From Psychrobacter sp. (GTDB lineage: Bacteria; Pseudomonadota; Gammaproteobacteria; Pseudomonadales; Moraxellaceae), in contig NZ_JBFFMS010000002.1 of NCBI RefSeq assembly GCF_041554015.1, positions 28,440 to 92,439 on the forward strand: a stretch of 64,000 nt of DNA, read 5' to 3'. Positions 9,154 to 19,386 of the stretch are shown piece by piece (the stretch's first letter is position 1; each line of letters opens with the position of its first letter). A program made the position numbers and the translations under genes. The notes beneath the pieces are model-generated. The model worked only from the letters and a program-made list of their open reading frames with translations, ran no database searches and was not told where the DNA came from.

Positions 9154-10695
9154 TTATTGCGTAGCTTTATTACGTAACGCAGTTAATAAGCGTTGATGAA
9201 TACCTTCAAAACCACCATTTGACATAATCACAATGGCGTCACCTGCTTTTGCCTGCGTATCGATGTGCTCGATGATGGCATCGACACTAGAAAGTACTTG
9301 TTGATCACCCATGTTAGGATTTGCGCTATTGGCATTTTCAATGACTTCTTTTAAACCCCACTCAAGGCCTGTCGGCTCATACCATAGGGTATGATCAGCG
9401 AGAGCAGCGGACTCAGCCAAGCTGTCCTGATGAATACCCATTTTCATGGTGTTACTACGGGGTTCAATAATCGCCCAAATCCGTCTGTCTGCCAGTTTTT
9501 TCTTGGCACCATCTAACGTCGTGGTAATGGCGGTTGGATGATGGGCGAAATCATCAAAGACTAAGATGTCATTGACATCGCCGATTAGCTCCATCCGACG
9601 CTTAATACCCGCAAAGGCTGATAGCGCGGCGCAAGCTGTTTTCACGCTGACACCGACATTATAAGCTGCTGCGACAGCAACCAAGGCGTTGTTCACATTG
9701 TGAATACCGCTCATCGACCAATCGACGACGCCAGTGGCTTCTTTATCAACAGCATCAGCCACAAAACTAATAGCAAATTGACCACCATCGGCGCTGATAA
9801 GTTCTGCTTGCCACTCACTGCTATCTTTTAAATGCTTATCTTTTGCGTGCTTATCAATGGCATGGGTATGATCTGTTGCATGGTTGGTATGCGTCGCTGA
9901 GCCCAGTACTGCGGTCCGCCAAACGGGTGTCCAAACCCCTTTTACTAAGGTCTCCTCCAAGCTAGCGGTCGCTGTTGGCATAATAATTTTGCCTGTGCTT
10001 GGAATCATGCGCACCATATGATGAAATTGGGTCTGAATCGCATCAAGATCGACAAAAATATCTGCATGATCAAATTCAAGGTTATTTAAGATAGCGGTAC
10101 GCGGACGGTAATGGACAAACTTTGAACGCTTATCAAAAAACGCTGAATCGTATTCATCTGCTTCAATAACGAAATAGCCGGTAGCTGCCGAATCATTGTG
10201 CTCGATTTTGTTAGTACCCAAATAACTGCTATGAGCGAAAACCTGCTGTAGATGCTTATCCGTGGTATCGACAAGTGGCACACCACCGATTAAAAACCCA
10301 GTATCGATACCTGCATACTGTAGTATCCACGCAAGCATAGTTGTCGTCGTGGTTTTACCGTGCGTACCGGCAACGGCAATGACATGGCGCGACTGCAATA
10401 CCTGCTCAGATAAAAACTGTGGTCCTGATGTATAGCGTAGACCTGTGTCCAGCATATATTCGATGACATCCATACCGCGCTTCATGGCATTACCAACGAC
10501 GACCAAATCTGGTGCTGGTTGCAAATGCTCTACCAGATAGCCTTGCTCAATGGTCACGCCAGCGTTTTCAAGTTGGGTGGACATCGGCGGATAAACATTG
10601 GCATCTGAGCCGGTGACCGTATGTCCAAGCTCGCGTGCCAATAAAGCCAATGAGCCCATAAAAGTACCACAAATACCAAGAATATGAATATGCAT
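9154..10695 (-). CDS. mpl: Murein peptide ligase (UDP-MurNAc:L-Ala-gamma-D-Glu-meso-DAP ligase)
   Basis: MHIHILGICGTFMGSLA start, GTHGKTTTT, EADEYD, NNLEFDHADIF, DDFAHHPTAI, EPRSNTM. Confidence 0.97.
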   Translation of the reverse strand: MHIHILGICGTFMGSLALLARELGHTVTGSDANVYPPMSTQLENAGVTIEQGYLVEHLQPAPDLVVVGNAMKRGMDVIEYMLDTGLRYTSGPQFLSEQVLQSRHVIAVAGTHGKTTTTTMLAWILQYAGIDTGFLIGGVPLVDTTDKHLQQVFAHSSYLGTNKIEHNDSAATGYFVIEADEYDSAFFDKRSKFVHYRPRTAILNNLEFDHADIFVDLDAIQTQFHHMVRMIPSTGKIIMPTATASLEETLVKGVWTPVWRTAVLGSATHTNHATDHTHAIDKHAKDKHLKDSSEWQAELISADGGQFAISFVADAVDKEATGVVDWSMSGIHNVNNALVAVAAAYNVGVSVKTACAALSAFAGIKRRMELIGDVNDILVFDDFAHHPTAITTTLDGAKKKLADRRIWAIIEPRSNTMKMGIHQDSLAESAALADHTLWYEPTGLEWGLKEVIENANSANPNMGDQQVLSSVDAIIEHIDTQAKAGDAIVIMSNGGFEGIHQRLLTALRNKATQ

Positions 10696-10970
10696 AGACG
10701 TTCCGTACGAGCTTGAATAAGAGGGATGAAAATCTGATGTGAGCCAATAAAAGAGAATGCTATATTTTGGCGGAGCTAACAGCTCGCTTAGCAAATTGCT
10801 ATTTAAGTCAGTACTCTTTTATGCTGAGCCAATAATCGTGGTACAGCAGGCAAGCGCTCATTGTAAAGTAATCATGGTTCGTTGACCAATAAAAAACGCC
10901 CAGTAAATAGGCGTTATCAAAATTATAAAACGGTTGGGTTTAGCATTCACTCAAAGAAGCTGTATGGCAT

Positions 10971-11000
10971 TACTGTTAATAACTGTTAATAACTGTTCAT
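10971..11000. repeat. 10-bp tandem repeat x3
   Basis: TACTGTTAAT AACTGTTAAT AACTGTTCAT just past the NlpE-like gene stop. Confidence 0.65.
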
Positions 11001-11014
11001 CACTATTTATGCGT

Positions 11015-11638
11015 TTATTGACGTGCTAAGGCGTAGTCTTCATTCGGGTTTTTATACTCATCCATCATAATCAAGTGGTTGCCTTGAATTTGATAAGTCT
11101 CGATGTTTTTTTTCTCATAAACAATAGTGATGACGTCATCGTCTTGGCGATAGACACCAGACTCTACCAAAGGCGACTGCGGCGTTTCAGTTTGATTAAA
11201 GACACTGGATTTTAATACCGAACCATCGGCGAATAAGTTTAGCGTGATATCAATACTGCCGCAAGACGCACAGGGGACGACGCCACCATAGTCGCCCATT
11301 AAGGTTGCTTGCAACATGCTGTCGCTATTTGCAGCTGAAATCATCGGTGAACGTGTTGAGCTATCATCTGAATTTGCTGCTGCAATGCGTGTCGATCCTT
11401 GTTGATCGCTGTCTTCATCAGCAGATGCTTTGGCATTATTCTCTGGTAAGGCAGATTCATCATGATTTAACGTATTACTTTGGTGGCTGTTAGTCGGCGC
11501 ACCTTGGGTATTTTTATTTGTTGAAGAAGAAGCGCTGTCACAGCTCACCAAAGCAAAACAGACCGGCACGGCTAATAGTAGACGTAGACCACGTTTGTTA
11601 AGCAAGAAAGCAGAAAATACAGGCGAAAAATTTATCAT
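11015..11638 (-). CDS. NlpE/CutF N-terminal-domain lipoprotein
   Basis: Lipobox LVSC, long Ser/Asn/Asp linker, then GDYGGVVPCASCGSIDITLNLFADG (NlpE CxxC pattern). ATG 11638 preferred. Confidence 0.75.
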   Translation of the reverse strand: MINFSPVFSAFLLNKRGLRLLLAVPVCFALVSCDSASSSTNKNTQGAPTNSHQSNTLNHDESALPENNAKASADEDSDQQGSTRIAAANSDDSSTRSPMISAANSDSMLQATLMGDYGGVVPCASCGSIDITLNLFADGSVLKSSVFNQTETPQSPLVESGVYRQDDDVITIVYEKKNIETYQIQGNHLIMMDEYKNPNEDYALARQ

Positions 11639-11832
11639 AGTATTACCACAGAGCAGATTTTTAAACAATTTTGCTAATCACAACTGACATTATTTTGGCT
11701 CTAAAACCAGCGTAAAAACCACATAGAGCGAAAACGACTAGAGTAACGACAATAAGCCCGCGTTGCGAGCTTGATTTCGTTAAATTATGTGATAAAGATG
11801 GGGAAAGCTATAAAGGGTATGCCATTCGTGGT

Positions 11833-12363
11833 TTATCGAGCACTAGGCTTAGCAGTGATAGGGCGTATGATACGCCATAAGATTAGCAAATGGGTCAGTA
11901 TAAGAATACTAAATAAAATCAGAGATTGTTCAGGGATGCTTAAGCCCAAAAACGTCCATTCAATAGAGGCGCACTCACCGGAACCGGCAAATACTTCTTT
12001 TAATACCTGCTGCATAGGTAAGGTATCAATCCAGTAATCCAAACCCGGTCCACAGGAGGGTACTTGATCGGCTGGCAAATGCTGTAGCCAAACATGACGC
12101 CCTGCAATTATGGTAGCCCAACCGATACCTGCTAGGCTACCTAGCCATAATATCAATCGTAGCGCCATTGACTTAGGATTCAGCAGCGCCGCGATGAGGG
12201 CAAAACCGCCCATGATCATAAGCCCAATGCGCTGAAAAATACAAAGCGGGCACGGTGAGAAACCCATATAACGCTGTAAGAAAAATAGAGCAAAGCTCAT
12301 GCCTATCGCGGTCATTATGACTAAAAATATTTGCAGATTGCGGTAAGTGGTCAGCTGTAGCAT
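11833..12363 (-). CDS. dsbB: Disulfide bond formation protein B
   Basis: PCPLCIFQR, RHVWLQ, PSCGPG, GECA...FLGLSIP; four TM segments. Confidence 0.95.
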   Translation of the reverse strand: MLQLTTYRNLQIFLVIMTAIGMSFALFFLQRYMGFSPCPLCIFQRIGLMIMGGFALIAALLNPKSMALRLILWLGSLAGIGWATIIAGRHVWLQHLPADQVPSCGPGLDYWIDTLPMQQVLKEVFAGSGECASIEWTFLGLSIPEQSLILFSILILTHLLILWRIIRPITAKPSAR

Positions 12364-12427
12364 GGGGCAGATACTCTTATAAGGTATGGATTAAACATCG
12401 AAAATAGTAACAGCCAGTAAAAAAATC

Positions 12428-14002
12428 CTAACGATATTGCTGCAAGAAATCCATAAAGTCTTCTGTTTCAGCTGCTTCCATCTCTGCTTGTTGTAAGATG
12501 GACTTTTCCGCTAGTACCTCATATTTTGCTTGGGTATTTGGACTGAGGGTTTGCTGTAATAACGAGTCGCGGTGCTGCTGTGCTAAGGTAAAGACAAGCT
12601 GCCATAAACTACCCAAGCGCTTACTGTCAGAATTTACTTGCGCTGAAATGGTTGACTCAGAGTGACCTGCTTTACCTTGCATCAAGGCAACGGCGGCACG
12701 ATAATCGTTGCCGCCATGATGGGCATCAAGTAAGGCGGCAAGTGGCTGCATACGGTTTAAATGCATCAGCATCCAGCTCTCTAATGATTGCTCAGCCCCA
12801 TTATTTAGGATTTGTAGGTTTTCACGGCGACCTTCATTAACGACGCGCTCAAGATTGATGGCAAGCGCCTCTTCTTCTTCAGGCAGTAATTCAGGGGAGT
12901 CACTCAGCAGACAATAAAGCGCCATCACTTCTAAAAAGCAGGCACTAGATAAGCGAATACCGATATCACTATAAGGGTCTAAATCAATCGCACGAAACTC
13001 AACGTAAGCAATACCACGGCGCTCAAGCGCTTCGGTTGGACTCTCACCACTCATGGCTATTTGCTTAGGACGAATAGGGCTGTAGTATTCATTTTCTATC
13101 TGTAGGATATGATCATTGATTTGAATAGGATTGCCATTCTCATCGTCTAAGCCCAGTTTCTCAAAGCTTTCGTGCGGGGTTTGAATCGCTCGGCGTAGCC
13201 CTTTGACGTACTCTGGTAAGTTGTTATAACGGATATCAAGGTGCTCTTGCACGCTATTGGTATAGCCAAGTTTGCCCATACGCAGACTGGTAGCAGTCGG
13301 TTTGTAATAGGTTGAATCATTGAACAGCTCAAGATCGTGCTCAATGCCTGAAACAAAGCAAGGGCAGACACTAGGACTTGCGCCCAATAAATACAGCACC
13401 AAGCTGGTCAGACGCTTAAAGTTACGGATCAGACCGAGATATTTATCGTTTTTAAACTCTGTTAGGGTCAAAGATTGCGCAGTAGGCGTTTGCCCCTGCC
13501 ACGCGCCAAACAACTCATCACCAAATGACAAGTTATAATGCAAACCTGCAATCGTCTGCATCCGGCGACCATAACGAACGCCAAGTCCACTACGGTATAG
13601 AGTCTTCAATTTACCTGTGTTAGAGCTACCGTAGTCTGCAAGCGGAATATCTTCATCCTTTGATGACAGCATACAAGGCATAGATAGCGGCCACATCAGC
13701 TCATCTTCAGGCATGCCTTTATATACCAACAGATGCAGCTGGCGCAGCATGTTTAAGGTCTCTTTTGGAGAAGACTTGGGGTCGGTGATCAGCTCAAGTA
13801 AGCTTTCTGAATAGTCGGTTGTGATATAGGGATGAGTCAGCTTGGAGCCGAGTTTGGTAGGATGAGGCGTTTGTGCCAAAAACCCATCAGGCGTAACGCG
13901 CAATCCCTCTTTTTCGATCCCACGTAGCATGCCTGATAAGTGCTCGCTGGCAAACCAGTTTGGAATATCAAAATCGACAAAGCTACTCGCAAAATTACTC
14001 AT
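12428..14002 (-). CDS. gshA: Glutamate-cysteine ligase
   Basis: RGIEKEGLRV, ITTDYSESLLELIT, WPLSMP, GLHYNLS, LQIENEYYSPIRPK, YVEFRAID. Start 14002 or 14011. Confidence 0.96.
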   Translation of the reverse strand: MSNFASSFVDFDIPNWFASEHLSGMLRGIEKEGLRVTPDGFLAQTPHPTKLGSKLTHPYITTDYSESLLELITDPKSSPKETLNMLRQLHLLVYKGMPEDELMWPLSMPCMLSSKDEDIPLADYGSSNTGKLKTLYRSGLGVRYGRRMQTIAGLHYNLSFGDELFGAWQGQTPTAQSLTLTEFKNDKYLGLIRNFKRLTSLVLYLLGASPSVCPCFVSGIEHDLELFNDSTYYKPTATSLRMGKLGYTNSVQEHLDIRYNNLPEYVKGLRRAIQTPHESFEKLGLDDENGNPIQINDHILQIENEYYSPIRPKQIAMSGESPTEALERRGIAYVEFRAIDLDPYSDIGIRLSSACFLEVMALYCLLSDSPELLPEEEEALAINLERVVNEGRRENLQILNNGAEQSLESWMLMHLNRMQPLAALLDAHHGGNDYRAAVALMQGKAGHSESTISAQVNSDSKRLGSLWQLVFTLAQQHRDSLLQQTLSPNTQAKYEVLAEKSILQQAEMEAAETEDFMDFLQQYR

Positions 14003-14247
14003 AAGGATCATCTGTTGTTATTGGTTATTATGGATTAAAAACCATCAATGTTAATCGAAAAAAAAGGCATAGTGGTCTAAGTTTAGCCCAAAGACTGGCT
14101 AAAAACCACGCTCGATTACAAATACTGTCAGTTTTACTAAAGCTAAGTTTTGCTCTGCTTGACAAGCTATCTCACCCTAGCATAACAATACAATCTTAAG
14201 AGAATCGCAGCTTTAATAAAGCATTTGCTCTTTGTTCTTGGAAGTCT

Positions 14248-14276
14248 TTATGGAGGACAATTCCATATTTATCAAT
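14248..14276 (-). promoter_or_regulatory. Putative sigma32 promoter of gshA-dsbB
   Basis: Minus strand ATTGAT-N15-CTCCATAA, near-identical to the dnaJ element. Confidence 0.45.
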
Positions 14277-14316
14277 AGCCACTGTAGCCAAATTTTTATG
14301 GGAACCTATCTGAAAT

Positions 14317-14344
14317 AAAAAGCACCTACCAATTAGGTAAGTGC
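14317..14344 (-). terminator. Intrinsic terminator after erpA
   Basis: Minus strand GCACTTACCT aatt GGTAGGTGC followed by T5. Confidence 0.6.
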
Positions 14345-14401
14345 CATAGCAAAGCGTTTTTTGTCTCATCAGTGGATATTAAGATATACCAAAGCGAGGA
14401 T

Positions 14402-14782
14402 CTAGATTGAAAATGACGAGCCGCAGCCACATGTGGTGGTGGCATTGGGGTTGGTCACGATAAAGCGCGCCCCTTCCAAGCCCTCGGTATAGTCAACGGT
14501 AGAGCCTTGCAGATATTGATAGCTTAATGAATCAACAACTAGGGTCACATCATCATTGTCAAAGTTGGCATCATCTTCATTGAGCTCATTGGCGAAATTA
14601 AAGCCATAAGAGAAGCCTGAGCAGCCGCCGCCGGTCACATAGACGCGCAGCATCAGATTACTATCACCTTCTTCTTCACGCAGACGGCGTACTTTTTGTG
14701 CCGCACTGTCAGTCAGGTTCAATACAGTTGGATCGACAGGCTGGCTTGAGCTTGGATTAAATTGGTTGGCTGGTTGGTTCAT
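14402..14782 (-). CDS. erpA: Fe-S cluster insertion protein ErpA
   Basis: [36 protein letters not shown]. Confidence 0.95.
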   Translation of the reverse strand: MNQPANQFNPSSSQPVDPTVLNLTDSAAQKVRRLREEEGDSNLMLRVYVTGGGCSGFSYGFNFANELNEDDANFDNDDVTLVVDSLSYQYLQGSTVDYTEGLEGARFIVTNPNATTTCGCGSSFSI

Positions 14783-15286
14783 ATCTACCTCAATTGCTAA
14801 AATCAGATGTTATTATTTTTTACGTATGCGAGGTCGTCTATTGATACAGGCTAAGATGACTTGCCAGTAGCTTTTAGCAGCGGCTATGGATAACTAACAA
14901 GTAACGGCATTATTCTATAGTCAAGATAGCGCTGATATTGGGCAACTACTGCGATATAGGCAGCTTAGTCACTAGAATCAAACTGAGAATATCAGCACTT
15001 AACTGCCTGATGTCAATAGTGTTTTACTAGTATAACATAGTTGGGCTAATGTTTGATTTGTCAAGAGTGACAATGACGTTTGCTATTATAACGTAGTTAT
15101 CTATGCCCTTTGTTGTTTGTTAATATAAGGGAATTGGTAGCAGTATAAAGGGTTGAATTTAAAATACTTATTTAATTGTTTGCCTATCGGTTAGGCGTTT
15201 GAAATAATAGCCGCCAGTAAACACGCCAGATAAGTGTTTTTCCTATTGCCTTAAGTTTTATATTACCGCTGAGATGAAGAAATTAT

Positions 15287-17293
15287 ATGATCGAATTTAA
15301 AGACGTTGGTGTTCGCCGTGATGGTCGAGAGTTGTTTGCAGGGGCAAGCTTCCAGCTACATCCGGGCCATAAAGTTGGCTTAACGGGCAATAACGGAACC
15401 GGAAAATCGACCTTATTTGCCTTATTGTTGACCCAAATGGGTACCGGTGACACCGAAGTGACGCTTGATAGGGGTGAGGTGAGTATCCCCGATAGCTGGC
15501 ACGTAGCGCACATGGCGCAGGAAGTTGGCGCGAGTAAGCAGACGGCGATTGATTATGTGTTAAGTGGTGATGAGCAGTGGTATGAGATCAATGCGTCACT
15601 AAATGACTTAAGCAGCGTCAGTGATGAGCAGATTGGCGTACTACATCAGCAGTTTGATGAAATCGATGGCTACCGTACGCCGACCAAAGCGGCGCAAATC
15701 ATGGCGGGTCTGGGTTTTAATACTAGCCAGCATGAGCTGCCAGTAGAAGGGTTTTCGGGCGGCTGGCGCATGCGCTTAAACCTTGCTAAGACCTTGATGA
15801 GCCGCGCAGACTTGATGCTACTCGATGAGCCAACCAACCATTTGGATTTGGATGCTATCTTGTGGCTTGAGACGTGGATTAATGCCTTTACTGGTCTGGT
15901 CATCGTCATCTCGCATGATCAAACGTTTTTAGATAACACCGTTGGGCACATCTTGCACGTTGAGCAGCAAAAAATCACCCTTTATACCGGTAACTACCAA
16001 CAGTTTATTCGTACCCGTCACGAGCGTATGGCGCAGCAGCAGCAAGCGTTTGAGAAGCAAGAAGCGACTAAAGCACATTTGGATGATTTTATCCGTCGTT
16101 TTCGCGCAAAGGCCAGTAAGGCAAAACAAGCACAGAGCCGTATCAAGCAGCTTGAGCGTATGGCGGAGCTGTCACCAATGATGGCGGACAATCCGTTCTC
16201 GTTCCGCTTTTATGAGCCGGCTAATATGAGCTCGCCGTTAATTGAGCTGACCGATGCTGATATTGGCTATAGCGACACGCCGCTACTTTATAATGCCAAT
16301 GTGCAAGTCACTCCTGATACTCGTATTGGTCTGCTTGGAATGAATGGCGCGGGTAAGTCGACCTTGATTAAAGCCTTGGTCGGTGAGCTTGGTGTATTAA
16401 AGGGCAGTTATAATGTCTCAGATACCCTAAAGCTTGGCTATTTTAATCAGCATCAAATGGATATCCTTGATCCAAAGGCGACCCCGATCGAGATGCTGCG
16501 CCGCTTAGCAGGCAAAACCTCTGATGCGATCCTACGCTCATTTTTGGGTAGCTTTGATTTTCGTGGCGACCGTATCGATACCATCAGTGAGTTATTCTCA
16601 GGTGGTGAGCGTGCGCGCTTAACGTTAGCGTTGATTGTTTGGCAACGTCCAAACGTGCTGGTACTCGATGAGCCAACCAACCATTTAGACCTACAAATGC
16701 GTCAAGCACTGACCATTGCTTTGCAAGGTTTTGAAGGGGCTGTGGTACTGGTCTCGCATGACCGTGAACTGATTGCTAATGTCTGTGACGAGCTATTTTT
16801 GGTACATGATGGTCAAATCGATGAGTTCGATGGCGATATCAGCGACTATGGTAAATGGCTTGCTGAAAAGCGTAAGCAAGAAAATTCGCAAGATAAAAAC
16901 ACCACTAAAAAGAAAAGCAAAAAAGAGAGTAAACAGTTTGTTTCACGTGAAACAGCTAAGGGTCAAGTTAATAAGCAAGTGGGCAATAACGAGTCTCAAC
17001 CTGCGCTTAGTAAAGATGCGCAGCGTAAGCTGGCGGCTGAACAACGCAAATTAACCGCGCCTATTCGCCGCGAGATTGAAACGACAGAAAAGACTTTAGC
17101 GACCATTGCTGAGAAGCTACTGGTTTTAGAAGACAAGCTTGCCGATACCGATCTTTATGAGGACAGCCGTAAAGCTGATTTGATGACATTATTAAATGAG
17201 CAGACCACGCTACAGCAGCAGCATAGTCAACATGAAGAAAAGCTGCTATTGGCAATGACCACCTTAGAAGAAATGGAAGCCAGCATCGGCTAA
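15287..17293 (+). CDS. ABC-F family ATPase (YheS-like)
   Basis: Two ABC domains (GNNGTGKST, FSGGWRMR, LLLDEPTNHLD; GMNGAGKST, FSGGERAR), inter-ABC linker QAQSRIKQL, C-terminal coiled coil, no TM. Confidence 0.92.
   Translation: MIEFKDVGVRRDGRELFAGASFQLHPGHKVGLTGNNGTGKSTLFALLLTQMGTGDTEVTLDRGEVSIPDSWHVAHMAQEVGASKQTAIDYVLSGDEQWYEINASLNDLSSVSDEQIGVLHQQFDEIDGYRTPTKAAQIMAGLGFNTSQHELPVEGFSGGWRMRLNLAKTLMSRADLMLLDEPTNHLDLDAILWLETWINAFTGLVIVISHDQTFLDNTVGHILHVEQQKITLYTGNYQQFIRTRHERMAQQQQAFEKQEATKAHLDDFIRRFRAKASKAKQAQSRIKQLERMAELSPMMADNPFSFRFYEPANMSSPLIELTDADIGYSDTPLLYNANVQVTPDTRIGLLGMNGAGKSTLIKALVGELGVLKGSYNVSDTLKLGYFNQHQMDILDPKATPIEMLRRLAGKTSDAILRSFLGSFDFRGDRIDTISELFSGGERARLTLALIVWQRPNVLVLDEPTNHLDLQMRQALTIALQGFEGAVVLVSHDRELIANVCDELFLVHDGQIDEFDGDISDYGKWLAEKRKQENSQDKNTTKKKSKKESKQFVSRETAKGQVNKQVGNNESQPALSKDAQRKLAAEQRKLTAPIRREIETTEKTLATIAEKLLVLEDKLADTDLYEDSRKADLMTLLNEQTTLQQQHSQHEEKLLLAMTTLEEMEASIG
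16939..16954. other. Perfect consensus parS site inside the ABC-F gene
   Basis: TGTTTCACGTGAAACA, read as F-V-S-R-E-T. Confidence 0.85.
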
Positions 17294-17350
17294 CACCATA
17301 AAGGTATTGCTTGGTTTGTAATCGAAACCGAATGATAAAATTCAGTCATT

Positions 17351-17384
17351 AAAAAAGGGAAGGCTTACGCCTTCCCTTTTTTTT
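17351..17384. terminator. Bidirectional intrinsic terminator
   Basis: AAAAAAGGGAAGGC ttac GCCTTCCCTTTTTTTT. Confidence 0.9.
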
Positions 17385-17395
17385 ACTTTATTGCC

Positions 17396-17758
17396 TTATT
17401 CCCTACGATAGCGACCATCGCCATAAGATAGGATTTTCATCGTAGTGGTACAAAGCTGACAGTTTATTTGACCAGCAGCGGCTTTTGATAAATCAAGAAT
17501 GCGACCTCTTATAAAAGGTCCTCTATCGGTGATTTTTACAATCACGCTCTGCTTTGTCTTTTTGTTGGTCACTTGTACCTTTGTACCAAACGGCAGCGTT
17601 CTATGTGCAGCGGTCAAAGAGTTCATATTAAAGATACTCCCGCTTGCTGTACGCTTACCATGGAACTTACTACCGTAGTAGCTAGTATTACCAGCAAAAG
17701 CGGTGGCGCTTAATAGTAGAGATAAAGTGATGACTAAAGACTTGATTAAATAAGACAT
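17396..17758 (-). CDS. rlpA: Minimal RlpA-family (double-psi beta-barrel) lytic transglycosylase
   Basis: SYYGSKFHGKRTASG, TAAHRTLPFGT, ITDRGPF, ILDLSKAAA; Sec signal ending AFA, no SPOR domain. Confidence 0.85.
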   Translation of the reverse strand: MSYLIKSLVITLSLLLSATAFAGNTSYYGSKFHGKRTASGSIFNMNSLTAAHRTLPFGTKVQVTNKKTKQSVIVKITDRGPFIRGRILDLSKAAAGQINCQLCTTTMKILSYGDGRYRRE

Positions 17759-18299
17759 TTAAAACCTGTGTTCTATTGATGAAGTAGACAGATATTCTTG
17801 CCTAGGTTATCCATACTCCCTGTGAGTACAAATAATAGAAAATATCTTACAAGAAGTAACTTGTCCTATTATTACAGCTCTGTAAAAGAACTATTAAGGT
17901 CAAAATTTGTTTTTTAACAAGCAGTTAGCTTATATATGCATATTTTACTATATTTATACAAAGGTGATGATGAATAGCAGTTATATCGATTTTAGGCTTA
18001 TAGATAGCGTCAAAAATAAGATGCCATGAGATTAAATATGGTTTTATCGAAAGGATTTTGCTTGGTATGCGAGTGGCTGCAAGACATCAGTCATTAAGAT
18101 TGATATTAGTCAGTGTCAGCATGGTTAAATAGGATTGCCTTCACTGGTAATATTTTTATAACGGTATTTGGTTTTATTAGCGCTATTATGGTTATTAGGC
18201 TAAGTTCATAACCTGTTAGATCAAGCCTTGGTTTTATGGTTGAATGTTTACACTTGGCAGTCCATTATTATTGACAGGTCTTATTTTGAGGAACACAAG

Positions 18300-19310
18300 A
18301 TGGCAGATAAAAACTACTATGATATTTTAGGGGTCAAAAAAAACGCCTCAGACGCCGATATAAAAAAAAGATACCGCAAGCTTGTCCGTCAATATCATCC
18401 GGATGTCAGCGACGATCCAGATGCCGATAGTAAGATTGCCGAGATTAATAATGCCTACGAGACCATTAGAGACAAGGACAAGCGTGCTGAATATGATGCG
18501 ATGTTAGATAACCCCTTTGCTGGGCAAGGCGGTGCTGGTGGCTTCGGCGGTTTTGATGGTCAATCAGCTGGTGGCGGGCAAGGCGGCTTTCGCTGGGAAG
18601 ATATCAAAGATCAGTTTGGTGAAGGCGAAGCCTACGGCGATGGCGGTTTTCGCTTTGATGATATTTTTTCAGCATTTGGGCGTGGTGCACGCGGTCAAGG
18701 TAGTGGATCGGCTGGTGGTCAGTCGCAATATGGCGGCTTTGGTACCCAAGATAGTAAGGGTCAAGACCAACATGCCGAGATTACCGTTGATTTGGCATCT
18801 GTTTATCAGGGCGATGACTACAGTATTAAGTTGAATGTACCTGTCCGCAAGCCGAATGGCAGTGTGGATTATGAGAATAAAACCCTTAAGATAAAAATCC
18901 CAAAAGGTATCACCGATGGCAAGCAAATTCGCTTGGCAGGTCAAGGGGCTGCTGGTATCGGGAGTGGTAAAAACGGCGATTTATTTTTAAAGGTTAAAAT
19001 CAGTCATGCCGCTAATATCCGTATCGAAGGCGCTGACGTTTATCAAACTGTAAATATCAGCCCATGGGAGGCGGCGTTGGGTGAAAAAATACATGTCAGC
19101 ACGCCTGCGGGTACCTTGGGTGTGACGATACCTAAAAACACCAAATCGGGCAGTCATTTACGACTAAAAGGTAAAGGCATCCCTGCTAAACAAGCAGGCG
19201 ATTTATACTTAACCTTAAATATTGTCAATCCAGATATCAATAGTGAAGCGGCAACCGATGCTTATGAAGCCCTAAAACAAGCCTTTGCTAACACCACGAT
19301 AGAACGATAA
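18300..19310 (+). CDS. cbpA: Curved DNA-binding J-domain co-chaperone CbpA
   Basis: J-domain HPD, G/F region, no zinc finger, KIPKGITDGKQIRLAGQG, ISPWEAALG; cbpM downstream; SD GAGG before ATG 18300. Confidence 0.9.
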   Translation: MADKNYYDILGVKKNASDADIKKRYRKLVRQYHPDVSDDPDADSKIAEINNAYETIRDKDKRAEYDAMLDNPFAGQGGAGGFGGFDGQSAGGGQGGFRWEDIKDQFGEGEAYGDGGFRFDDIFSAFGRGARGQGSGSAGGQSQYGGFGTQDSKGQDQHAEITVDLASVYQGDDYSIKLNVPVRKPNGSVDYENKTLKIKIPKGITDGKQIRLAGQGAAGIGSGKNGDLFLKVKISHAANIRIEGADVYQTVNISPWEAALGEKIHVSTPAGTLGVTIPKNTKSGSHLRLKGKGIPAKQAGDLYLTLNIVNPDINSEAATDAYEALKQAFANTTIER

Positions 19311-19386
19311 ATAAAGCGCTTTATCAAAAATTTTCAACACCCTAATAGAGATATAGACGATAACGATAAAATAAAGAAAAACGAGG

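Noticed and set aside
15020-15066. Possible IscR site upstream of erpA
   Set aside because: Only one half (CAACTAT) fits the type 1 consensus; cannot be supported.
8245-19373. Identical 15-mer GATAACGATAAAATA at 8245 and 19359, vaguely Fur-like
   Set aside because: About two such 15-mer matches are expected by chance in 64 kb, more in AT-rich DNA; not palindromic and orientations differ relative to the genes.
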